From the sequence record NC_054912.1: a DNA stretch of 64,000 nt. One strand, 5' to 3'. The notes under the pieces were generated by a model. The model did not search any database, had not been told where the DNA came from, and was given only the letters and a program-made list of their open reading frames with translations. Origin of the DNA: Escherichia phage vB_EcoM_F1. Below, piece after piece: positions 25,637 to 33,419 of this stretch. The position numbers were made by a program, and so were the translations under genes. Position 1 is the first letter of the stretch, and each line of letters starts with the position of its first letter.

Positions 25637-25924
25637 TTTACGGAATGAAATGAAAGCAGAAACTGAAGCAACTAAACTGTCTTCAATATAAACTTCAATT
25701 TTTACCGGAGCTTCTGACTCAAATTTACCTGTTACTACACCCTGAAAAATACTTTCAGTCTGTTCTGGCTTTGAAAAATTTTCAGAAGGAAAAATTCCAA
25801 ACTTTTTATCTGTTCCGAAAATTTTGATAAATTCATCATAAACTGCTTCATTAAAAGCATTATCAGCAGGAATAACGCCTTCAACTACAAGTTCTTGACC
25901 TAAAAAGCGTAAAGAAGATTTCAT
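25634..25924 (-). CDS. hypothetical protein (alt.-3 position)
   Basis: 96-aa ORF with SD GAGGA, directly downstream of a sigma70-type early promoter. Confidence 0.6.
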   Translation of the reverse strand: MKSSLRFLGQELVVEGVIPADNAFNEAVYDEFIKIFGTDKKFGIFPSENFSKPEQTESIFQGVVTGKFESEAPVKIEVYIEDSLVASVSAFISFRK

Positions 25925-25955
25925 TTTGTGTTCCTCATGTTATGTCAGTAAGACT

Positions 25956-25984
25956 ACTATAACACAACACGAGGGACTTGTAAA
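25956..25984 (-). promoter_or_regulatory. sigma70-type early promoter (copy A)
   Basis: minus strand GTTTACA-N17-TATAGT with TGn extension; leader and SD GAGGA follow. Confidence 0.6.
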
Positions 25985-26336
25985 CTACATTTTGAACTTT
26001 TTAGTACGCGTAATAGGCATGCGTCGATTTTATACTGTTTCATTGTTTGAAGAGCAGTATCAAAAACAGCATTAATGACACCAATTGGATTTCCACCCAA
26101 CTTAACTAATGATAGTTTCTCATTAACACCTATCATTACGATATGCATCATTTTGTCGCCTGGTTTAACGTTTTATTTGTATCACCGCCAGAGGTGTATG
26201 TACAAAATCTAAATCCAGGAAGCACGCTTTCTTCGCCGGCTTGAATAGCAAAAATTTGTGGTATTTTATGCTTAGGATTTAAGTTAACAACCGGCGCCGA
26301 AGCGCCGTCAAATAATTATGTAATAAGTTCCATGAT
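25957..26336 (-). pseudogene. degenerate tandem copy of the alt 5' region
   Basis: starts ATG GAA CTT ATT ACA then TAA (MELIT*); downstream frame encodes MMHIV...QTMKQYKIDACLLRVLKS matching Alt QTMRQYKIDACMLRILKS; DNA 26160-26336 is alignable to 28200-28388. Confidence 0.7.
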
Positions 26337-28388
26337 TTATCCTTGAACGAACTTGTAAGGCATGTTTGCAATATCTATGCAAGACGCAATAATTCCAAGA
26401 GATGATTCTACTTTCTGTTTAACATTTGATGAAACAAATGATGCAAAGTCAACTCTGTCTTCTATATCACCTGTCATTGTAACCAATTCACCAGTTTCCA
26501 TTAAATGGTCTCCGTCATAGATTACCGATTCGGTGAGTTCTTCTGTGGTCATAACTTCAGCTTGAATAAGCTTGTTGTTAGTTCTAACTGTTCCATCGTT
26601 GTAAGATGCATCAGTTATTTTATTAACTTTGACCATTAATCCACGTGGCAAAATGACTTCCATTTCATTTGAAGGCGCTAAACTTCCACCGGGTAAAACA
26701 ACATTGACCTTATCAGCCCCAGTAATAACCCATCCAATTCCAACTAAATTATCGCTAGAATTTACTAGTCCTTCATCAGTTTTATCAATAGAAACGCTTA
26801 GACGCTTTTCGTCTGGTAAAACACCTATAGATGAATCAGTCATCCAAGTACCAAAAATATTTGGATATAATGATGTTGACACAAAGTTTCTAAAATAAAA
26901 AACTCGATTTTTTACCATTGCTTCATATATTGAAGGTAACATTCGTTGTGAACGATACAAAGTAATACCTTTTGGTAATCGTTCACCATTTTTAAAGGCT
27001 GAATCTAAATTATCAATGGCTTGTTCTATTTCAGATGCTGTTAAAATACTTGTACGCTCATCTGGATTATATAATCCCAAAAGAGCATTATTCATGTCTA
27101 CATATCCTGAACCTACATATTCACGAATTCCGCGTTTTTGCGCTGGTGTGTATTTAGATGAATCTTTATTTTCGACTATAGGATGTAATGACCATCCAGC
27201 GGTAAGAGCATATCCACGTAATTCTCTTCGAATAATCTTTGTTTTTATTGCATTCCAAGAATTTTGTACTAACTCATTTGCAGCATCTTGGTTTAAATGC
27301 GAATGTCTGTTAATATTTCTTTCAAACCAAGCACCTTTATATTTTTCTAAAGTATCATCGACGATAGAAGCAATAGTTTCTAAAGTTTTTATTGAAGTAA
27401 TAGATTCTTTTCGTAATTTTTCTAAAGCTTTATTTTTTATTTCTGCATTAATAATGGATTCTTTATCTTCAGGAATTATAGAAGCTTCTCTGAATGTCAT
27501 TCCAGCTGTAACACTGCTAAGAGCATTCTCTAGTGCAAATCCTGAAGTAGAAATAACAGTTAATTCATTAGCATCAGAAATTAAAGGAGCGTCAGCAGGT
27601 TTATTTAATTCTGCTGCTGAAGCCTCAAATTTTTGAAACATCGGCGTTTCAAATCTAGAAGATTCCAACGACTGACTTTGTGCAATTGCTCTACGTGAAA
27701 TTTTAACTTTAACGATTACAGCTTGGTCAGAACGTTTATCATTTTCTTGTGCAATAGATGCTGCAATTGCCTCATTTTTAGTTACTTGAGCTCCAGTATC
27801 TTTATTGATATAAACATCACCGACCTTCGATTCAACTTTAGTAAAGAGCTCGGTACTAATTTCCGGAACTCCTGGAATGTCTTCTAGTGATACATTTTTG
27901 CGATGTATAAGAATATATGCATACTTTTTATCATAATCCCAGAGTTCCTTAAGAAGGACGTATCTGCCACCTGAACGACTACGGATAAGTCTATCAGCAA
28001 TAACTTGAATTTGTCGAGCTTGGCCAGCAGTTTTAGACTTAAGAATACGAAGCATACAAGCATCAATTTTATACTGACGCATTGTTTGCATTGCAACAGT
28101 AAAAACCGAATTGATATAATTAATTGGGCTTGGACCAAGACCTTTCAATTTAGCAATTGAACCTTTAGCAGTTAATGTAAAAGGAACAATATGCATCATT
28201 TTATCGCCCATCTTTAAATCGCGATTAGTATCACCTCCAGATGTATAGGTACATAAACGAAAGCCTGGTTGTTCAATTGCATCATCAACATGAACTGAAA
28301 AAATTTGCGGTATTTTCTTCTTTGGATTTAAGTTTGTAATTGGAAGAGTAGTATCTTCGTCAAATAATTCTGTAATTAGTTCCATCAT
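26337..28388 (-). CDS. alt: Alt ADP-ribosyltransferase (packaged into heads)
   Basis: 683 aa, MMELITELFDEDTTLPITNLNPKKK...; late promoter 21 nt upstream. Confidence 0.93.
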   Translation of the reverse strand: MMELITELFDEDTTLPITNLNPKKKIPQIFSVHVDDAIEQPGFRLCTYTSGGDTNRDLKMGDKMMHIVPFTLTAKGSIAKLKGLGPSPINYINSVFTVAMQTMRQYKIDACMLRILKSKTAGQARQIQVIADRLIRSRSGGRYVLLKELWDYDKKYAYILIHRKNVSLEDIPGVPEISTELFTKVESKVGDVYINKDTGAQVTKNEAIAASIAQENDKRSDQAVIVKVKISRRAIAQSQSLESSRFETPMFQKFEASAAELNKPADAPLISDANELTVISTSGFALENALSSVTAGMTFREASIIPEDKESIINAEIKNKALEKLRKESITSIKTLETIASIVDDTLEKYKGAWFERNINRHSHLNQDAANELVQNSWNAIKTKIIRRELRGYALTAGWSLHPIVENKDSSKYTPAQKRGIREYVGSGYVDMNNALLGLYNPDERTSILTASEIEQAIDNLDSAFKNGERLPKGITLYRSQRMLPSIYEAMVKNRVFYFRNFVSTSLYPNIFGTWMTDSSIGVLPDEKRLSVSIDKTDEGLVNSSDNLVGIGWVITGADKVNVVLPGGSLAPSNEMEVILPRGLMVKVNKITDASYNDGTVRTNNKLIQAEVMTTEELTESVIYDGDHLMETGELVTMTGDIEDRVDFASFVSSNVKQKVESSLGIIASCIDIANMPYKFVQG

Positions 28389-28408
28389 ATCCTCTCTAGT
28401 GTTTATTC

Positions 28409-28416
28409 TATTTATA
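28409..28416 (-). promoter_or_regulatory. late promoter TATAAATA (alt)
   Basis: minus-strand TATAAATA 21 nt upstream of the alt ATG. Confidence 0.65.
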
Positions 28417-28440
28417 AAATTAAAGGCCCGAAGGCCTTTA
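28410..28440 (-). terminator. terminator after the gene 30 operon, upstream of alt
   Basis: AAAGGCC-CGAA-GGCCTTT hairpin with T-rich minus-strand tail. Confidence 0.55.
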
Positions 28441-28626
28441 ATAATCTAACGGTAAGAGAGTACGATATATTTCAAACTTTGGACCTTTTTCATAGGCATC
28501 AAATGTTTCTGTGAATTTATTATAAGCATATGCATCTACAAATTCGAGAATGACTTGTGATACAGAAGTAGAAACATCTCCACCTTCTTTTTGAGCAATG
28601 ACAATTGTTTCTAAGTAAGCTTTCAT
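28438..28626 (-). CDS. small acidic hypothetical protein, start overlaps ligase stop
   Basis: 62-aa ORF; ATGA start/stop overlap with gene 30; terminator hairpin downstream. Confidence 0.5.
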   Translation of the reverse strand: MKAYLETIVIAQKEGGDVSTSVSQVILEFVDAYAYNKFTETFDAYEKGPKFEIYRTLLPLDY

Positions 28627-30086
28627 AGACCAGTTACCTCATGAAAATCACCAAATACATCCTCGAATGTATTAGCTTTAGTTTTATCTTCGCGTAAACG
28701 AATCGCAATCGGAAGAAATAATTTAACGTAATCAGTGCGGCCATCAGATTTTAACCAACCGTTGCATTCGCACTCTAGAATTTTTCCAATATAATAATTT
28801 TGGTTTTCCATAATGCGAGTACGGTCAAGTTCATGTGATTTTACGCCGGCTTTATCTTTTAAGCCTGAACCAGCATTTACCTTAATTTTTCCACACTCTG
28901 ACTCAAGAATAAATCCACCTGCTTTAGTAGGGTCTTTACGGTGAGGATAAATTCCTACAATTTTTAAATCAACATCAATTACTTCTTTAAATTTATAGAG
29001 ATTTTTTGAACGAGCATTTTCCCATAATCCATCGATATTTTTGAGAATAATACCTTCAAGACCTTGGTCAATATACTTTTTATAAATTACCTTAGCTTCA
29101 TCTAGGTTATTTACTACCTGGTTTTCAATTAAAATTACTTTATCATAGCCTGATGTCATTTGTTCTAGTTTAGAAAAACGTACATCATATTTCAAACGAA
29201 ATGCAGGAAGACCGTATATTTCTACCAACGGGACATAATCCCAAACCTGAAACTTCATGCATTGAGCTTCTTTTTCAGAAATGGTTCCCTTTAAAGATTT
29301 ATTAGCGATTCCATTAGAAGTAGTACGTGATTCAGCTACTTCGGCGAATTCTTTGGCTTTACTAATTTCAGGATAAGCATCAAAAAGAAAATCTAGGCCT
29401 TCTGGCTCCTTTTTAACTTGCTCATGGTATACCAATTCGCCATCAATTAACACGCCTTCTGGATGAATCTGGCGGGCTTCAGCGGTCATTTTGATTAATT
29501 CTTCCTTAAGAAGATCTAATCCTAGATATTCATTACCAGCTCGTGATAAAAGACGAACATCATCTAATTCATCACCTCTGACTTCGGCAAAGCACCGAGC
29601 CCCATCAGCTTTTAACTGGGCAAAGGCTGGAAATTTGATATTCTTATTAATGCCTTTTTCATCATAAGAACTTGCAAGCATTTGAGGTTGTTCAGGAATT
29701 AAACCTGACCAAACTTTGTTTGCAATAGATACTGAAGCACCACATTCAAGGTCTCGCATCATCACTCGACGCAAAACTTCAACATCATCTTTTTTACCAT
29801 CGGTGATATATCCAGTTAATTCCTCAATTGCTGCATTTCCAGTCAATTTCCGAGTAGCTAATGTGAATTCAATGAAGTCAAGCATATCGGTAAGAGTCAA
29901 CATTCCAAAACTCTGGGTAGCAATACCAGGTTTAGGCCATTTCTTGATATAATACTGCAACCCACGAGAATAAGTCAGACGATATACTCGTTTAAGCAAT
30001 TCATTATCTTTATTCTTTTCAAGAATTGCTTGCTTCTGCTTAGTTGAACCAATAGATGCTATTTCGTTCAGAATTTTAAGAATCAT
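28623..30086 (-). CDS. 30: ATP-dependent DNA ligase gp30
   Basis: 487 aa, MILKILNEIASIGSTKQKQAILEKN...; adenylation lysine motif KADGAR. Confidence 0.97.
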   Translation of the reverse strand: MILKILNEIASIGSTKQKQAILEKNKDNELLKRVYRLTYSRGLQYYIKKWPKPGIATQSFGMLTLTDMLDFIEFTLATRKLTGNAAIEELTGYITDGKKDDVEVLRRVMMRDLECGASVSIANKVWSGLIPEQPQMLASSYDEKGINKNIKFPAFAQLKADGARCFAEVRGDELDDVRLLSRAGNEYLGLDLLKEELIKMTAEARQIHPEGVLIDGELVYHEQVKKEPEGLDFLFDAYPEISKAKEFAEVAESRTTSNGIANKSLKGTISEKEAQCMKFQVWDYVPLVEIYGLPAFRLKYDVRFSKLEQMTSGYDKVILIENQVVNNLDEAKVIYKKYIDQGLEGIILKNIDGLWENARSKNLYKFKEVIDVDLKIVGIYPHRKDPTKAGGFILESECGKIKVNAGSGLKDKAGVKSHELDRTRIMENQNYYIGKILECECNGWLKSDGRTDYVKLFLPIAIRLREDKTKANTFEDVFGDFHEVTGL

Positions 30087-30352
30087 TATTCATCCTTCAG
30101 AGTTTGGTTTACAGCTCTATTATAAATCAATTCATCATTAAGCTCAGTCAAAGACTTATGATATGTGGTTCTAACTTTATTTCCTTGCATCCAGTGCTTG
30201 ATATAAATGAAACCTTGCTCTACGCATTTTTTAAAAATTCGTTCGTCTTTTTGAGCTCGGAATTCTGGATTGCATCTAAAAAATTGATTTACGTGACCGT
30301 AATCACGTGTAGTATTACCTTCATTTTCATAAATAGTATGAACAACAAACAT
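30086..30352 (-). CDS. hypothetical protein (30.1 position)
   Basis: 88-aa ORF, TAATG junction with gene 30. Confidence 0.6.
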   Translation of the reverse strand: MFVVHTIYENEGNTTRDYGHVNQFFRCNPEFRAQKDERIFKKCVEQGFIYIKHWMQGNKVRTTYHKSLTELNDELIYNRAVNQTLKDE

Positions 30353-31191
30353 TAGAACGCTCCTTGAAAAATATTATCACCACTAGTAGGTCTATTATAC
30401 AAATACTCTATGCCACCAGGTTTAATATAGTTCCATGTCTGAAACGGATGCGTCTGATATGGATGATATAGATGATTATAAGGATTAAATCCAGGAGTTC
30501 TCCAGGTAGTGTTCCAAGGAAAAGAATCGTTTTTAATCATCTTTTCAATTACATCTTTTATAGCTTTTTCACTATCAAAACTTTCTTTATTTTCCTTTGG
30601 TGAAAAAAGCTTATTCTCTACATCGTTCCATGTATAAACTCGCTGAGCAGTTTTTGGAATATTGTCACGCTCCCCTCGAGCCATCCAATAAACAGGAACA
30701 TTTAATATTTCACTCGCGTGATCGCAGTGGTGAGCGAGATCGTCAATATAACAAATTACGTTATATTTCTCTTTTGCCTTTTTGAACAACTCTTCTTTTG
30801 AAGAATCATGACCACACATCATTACTTCTGAGAAGGCACCAGGAAAAAGAGCATTTAAATTAAATTGACGATTCAGCAGAGCGTCAATAGAATCACCCAA
30901 TGCTGTAACAGCTACAAAATTATAATCTTCTTTTAATTTGTTAATTACACACAGAGCATCTTTATATGGAGACAAGTAACGAATAAAATCTGAACGATTG
31001 TATTTTTCAATTAACTTGACGCCAAGTTCTTCGTCACAATTAAAGAGTTTACCAGGAGAAATAAATTTCTCATCTTGGATCATTTTTAAAATATGTTCTA
31101 ACGGAAGATTATATTTCTGAGCAAAATAAGGAAGGCCTGATTGCCAGCTTAAACATACTCCATCAATATCAGTTAAAATAGTAGGCTTCAT
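30352..31191 (-). CDS. HAD-superfamily phosphatase/nucleotidase-like protein (30.2 position)
   Basis: 279 aa; N-terminal ILTDIDGV resembles HAD motif I (DxDG). Confidence 0.6.
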   Translation of the reverse strand: MKPTILTDIDGVCLSWQSGLPYFAQKYNLPLEHILKMIQDEKFISPGKLFNCDEELGVKLIEKYNRSDFIRYLSPYKDALCVINKLKEDYNFVAVTALGDSIDALLNRQFNLNALFPGAFSEVMMCGHDSSKEELFKKAKEKYNVICYIDDLAHHCDHASEILNVPVYWMARGERDNIPKTAQRVYTWNDVENKLFSPKENKESFDSEKAIKDVIEKMIKNDSFPWNTTWRTPGFNPYNHLYHPYQTHPFQTWNYIKPGGIEYLYNRPTSGDNIFQGAF

Positions 31192-31652
31192 AGAGAGTCT
31201 CTTAATAGGTTTAACACATCAATAAATTCAGCTTCGGTTAGTATTGTATCATCTTTTGTTAGACCACTAGCCATGCTGTGCTTCAAAACTTTTCCTTTCG
31301 AGGCTTGTAATGCATCACGAAAGCCCTTGTTTTGGATCGCTGCTTCAAAATATGCATTTGTGTATAATTCTTTCCACGCCGGGGAGTATCTTGAAAACGG
31401 AACTCCAAGCCAGAAGAGGGTCCCACGGTCCTGAGCTCTAGCATAAGACCTTCCAGCTTGTTGAGCGGAAAGCCCGGATAACCCAAATATACGACGTTGT
31501 TGTTCAACGTTTTTCACCTTGCATCCTTGGAGGAATCCTTCAAGACCTCCAAATTGAATACCATCCATAACGAAAGGCCATTGGGCGAAATTACTTAATG
31601 CACATGATGGCCACCTAAAATTACTTCTAATCTCTAACTCAGACATTTTCAA
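31188..31652 (-). CDS. NADAR/YbiA-like (DUF1768-type) protein (30.3 position)
   Basis: 154 aa; LSNFAQWPFVMDGIQF...LEGFLQGCK resembles the YbiA/NADAR core FSNFAAWP..DG....EHYFQAQK. Confidence 0.5.
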   Translation of the reverse strand: MKMSELEIRSNFRWPSCALSNFAQWPFVMDGIQFGGLEGFLQGCKVKNVEQQRRIFGLSGLSAQQAGRSYARAQDRGTLFWLGVPFSRYSPAWKELYTNAYFEAAIQNKGFRDALQASKGKVLKHSMASGLTKDDTILTEAEFIDVLNLLRDSL

Positions 31653-31845
31653 TGCTTATAATTTCAACATCAGCCCAATGACCATAGTTTGGTAGACGAA
31701 ATTCAACTGGCCAGTTAGGGTCCTTTTCTAATATAATAGACTCAACTCGTGGTTCTTCATGTTCATCAGTATATGGATTTTTATCTGTTACTTTATATGT
31801 GACCTTAATGTACTGAATTCCAAAAATCTTATTAATTATATTCAT
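31639..31845 (-). CDS. hypothetical small protein
   Basis: 68-aa ORF in operon context. Confidence 0.5.
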   Translation of the reverse strand: MNIINKIFGIQYIKVTYKVTDKNPYTDEHEEPRVESIILEKDPNWPVEFRLPNYGHWADVEIISIENV

Positions 31846-32039
31846 ACTAATTCCTTTAATCCGTAAATAGGAGATAATTCATCACCCATACGAAGGTCTT
31901 CATTTCCATCTACCCAGGAAACAATATAAGCCTCTTTTATTTGAACACCACTCCATTTAAATGGAGGTAGAACCTTAGAAATTAATCCAGGTATACCAAC
32001 TCCCTTTAATTCAACAGTTTGACCTAAAAAGAATTTCAT
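31842..32039 (-). CDS. hypothetical small protein
   Basis: 65-aa ORF in operon context. Confidence 0.5.
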   Translation of the reverse strand: MKFFLGQTVELKGVGIPGLISKVLPPFKWSGVQIKEAYIVSWVDGNEDLRMGDELSPIYGLKELV

Positions 32040-32326
32040 TAGAACCTCATCTGAAAACCGTGCGATTTAACATTACCGCCGCCAATATCAGAAATGTTAA
32101 TTTCACGCGCAATTGAAGGGTCAATGTCAATTTCACGATTGAGTTTAGTGATAGCTAAAGTATCGCACCCATTTACAGTACGAAACTCTAAAGGACAAAC
32201 CACATCAACGTAGTTTTTAATCGATTCGCTCGTAGGTTGCAAATGTGCAGGAAGGTCTTTAGGTGCCTTTGAGAAAACAACTTCACAGAAATTTTTGCGG
32301 GTATCAAAATAAGTAGTCATAAACAT
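32039..32326 (-). CDS. hypothetical protein
   Basis: start chosen at internal ATG 32326 with SD GAGGA; the track start at 32377 would place a GC hairpin inside the first codons. Confidence 0.5.
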   Translation of the reverse strand: MFMTTYFDTRKNFCEVVFSKAPKDLPAHLQPTSESIKNYVDVVCPLEFRTVNGCDTLAITKLNREIDIDPSIAREINISDIGGGNVKSHGFQMRF

Positions 32327-32366
32327 AATATTTTCCTCAGTAAGGGGCCAAAGCCCCTGTTTTATT

Positions 32367-32744
32367 TTAAATATCAAATTCGTTAAGAACTACATCAAAG
32401 ATTGCTTCAAGATGCTCAGGTTTAGCTCTGTTACTCAGAATATGACGAATCCAAGTTTTAACTAAGAGTTTACGATTAGCACCATTCCAGCAAGGATGAG
32501 TCCCTAAATCGCGTTGACGGAAATCATCATCCAGAGCGATTTTAAAGTTGGAACCTTCCATCGTGATTGAAACTGTAATACCGTTTTCAAATCGCATATA
32601 AACGTAGTTAGGAGTCATATACTGATCGATTTCACATACTGATCCATTTTGATGTTTCCAGAGGCAAATAGTATCAATAGAACCTGCAATACCATTAGAA
32701 ACATATTTACGTTCAAAGTTGATGTAGTTCATTTTATTCTCCAA
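32367..32744 (-). CDS. hypothetical protein
   Basis: 125-aa ORF downstream of an early promoter. Confidence 0.55.
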   Translation of the reverse strand: MENKMNYINFERKYVSNGIAGSIDTICLWKHQNGSVCEIDQYMTPNYVYMRFENGITVSITMEGSNFKIALDDDFRQRDLGTHPCWNGANRKLLVKTWIRHILSNRAKPEHLEAIFDVVLNEFDI

Positions 32745-32768
32745 GATGTTTAATTGCGGTACAGGTAT

Positions 32769-32797
32769 ATAATATCATATCCTGTACCAAAGTAAAC
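32769..32797 (-). promoter_or_regulatory. sigma70-type early promoter
   Basis: minus strand GTTTACT-N16-TATTAT, enclosed by inverted repeat GGTACAGG/CCTGTACC. Confidence 0.5.
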
Positions 32798-32799
32798 AA

Positions 32800-33132
32800 T
32801 TATTTTACTACTTTCCAATGCTGCATGTCAAGTTTACCAACTTTTTTCATCTTCTCAATTAAGCGTTCGGCACGTTGGCGAGCTGTAACATAATGCCATT
32901 CGCCTAATTCATTTTGTTCAATTTTTCCAACGATTACTGTATTCAATTCATAAATCCAACCGGTAAAGAAATTATGAACTTGAATTGTAAAGGTGAAATC
33001 TGTTCCCATACCTTCTGTTGTTTCTACTTCAATAATATCACCTTCAACTGCCATTAAGAACCACATAGTTTCATTATATGCACCGTTGAAGCATTTAGTT
33101 TTAACCGCAGCGTTCAGATTAATCGTTTTCAT
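32800..33132 (-). CDS. hypothetical protein
   Basis: 110-aa ORF with SD AAGGAG, downstream of an early promoter. Confidence 0.55.
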   Translation of the reverse strand: MKTINLNAAVKTKCFNGAYNETMWFLMAVEGDIIEVETTEGMGTDFTFTIQVHNFFTGWIYELNTVIVGKIEQNELGEWHYVTARQRAERLIEKMKKVGKLDMQHWKVVK

Positions 33133-33159
33133 TTTATTCTCCTTTGTTTGTGTAAGATA

Positions 33160-33189
33160 ATACTATCACAAAGGAACCATACTGTAAAC
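33160..33189 (-). promoter_or_regulatory. sigma70-type early promoter
   Basis: minus strand GTTTACA-N17-TAGTAT; just downstream of the 33209-33238 terminator. Confidence 0.5.
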
Positions 33190-33208
33190 AACTTTATGCA
33201 ATCTTTGG

Positions 33209-33238
33209 AAAATAAAAAAGGACTCCCGAAGGAGTCCT
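33209..33238 (-). terminator. terminator after the small basic-protein gene
   Basis: GGACTCC-TTCG-GGAGTCC hairpin followed by TTTTTTATTTT on the minus strand. Confidence 0.65.
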
Positions 33239-33242
33239 CAAC

Positions 33243-33419
33243 TTATGCTTTCTGCTTACCAAAACGAGAAGCATCATCTCGAAGAACCGCACGTGCTCGG
33301 CGCATGATCTTCTCAACAGTTTGATTGATACGAGAGTTCGACCCACGCTTGTAGCCAGCGCGTTTAGAATCACCAACTTTCTTTTCAACTGCTTTCTTTG
33401 CTTTAGCTTGTTTTGCCAT
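33243..33419 (-). CDS. small highly basic protein (K/R-rich)
   Basis: 58 aa from ATG 33419 (MAKQAKAKKAVEKKVGDSKRAGYKR...); terminator immediately downstream. Confidence 0.5.
   Translation of the reverse strand: MAKQAKAKKAVEKKVGDSKRAGYKRGSNSRINQTVEKIMRRARAVLRDDASRFGKQKA

Noticed and set aside
27016-27636. 206-aa plus-strand ORF
   Set aside because: Fully antisense to alt, which has strong homology support; no SD or promoter.
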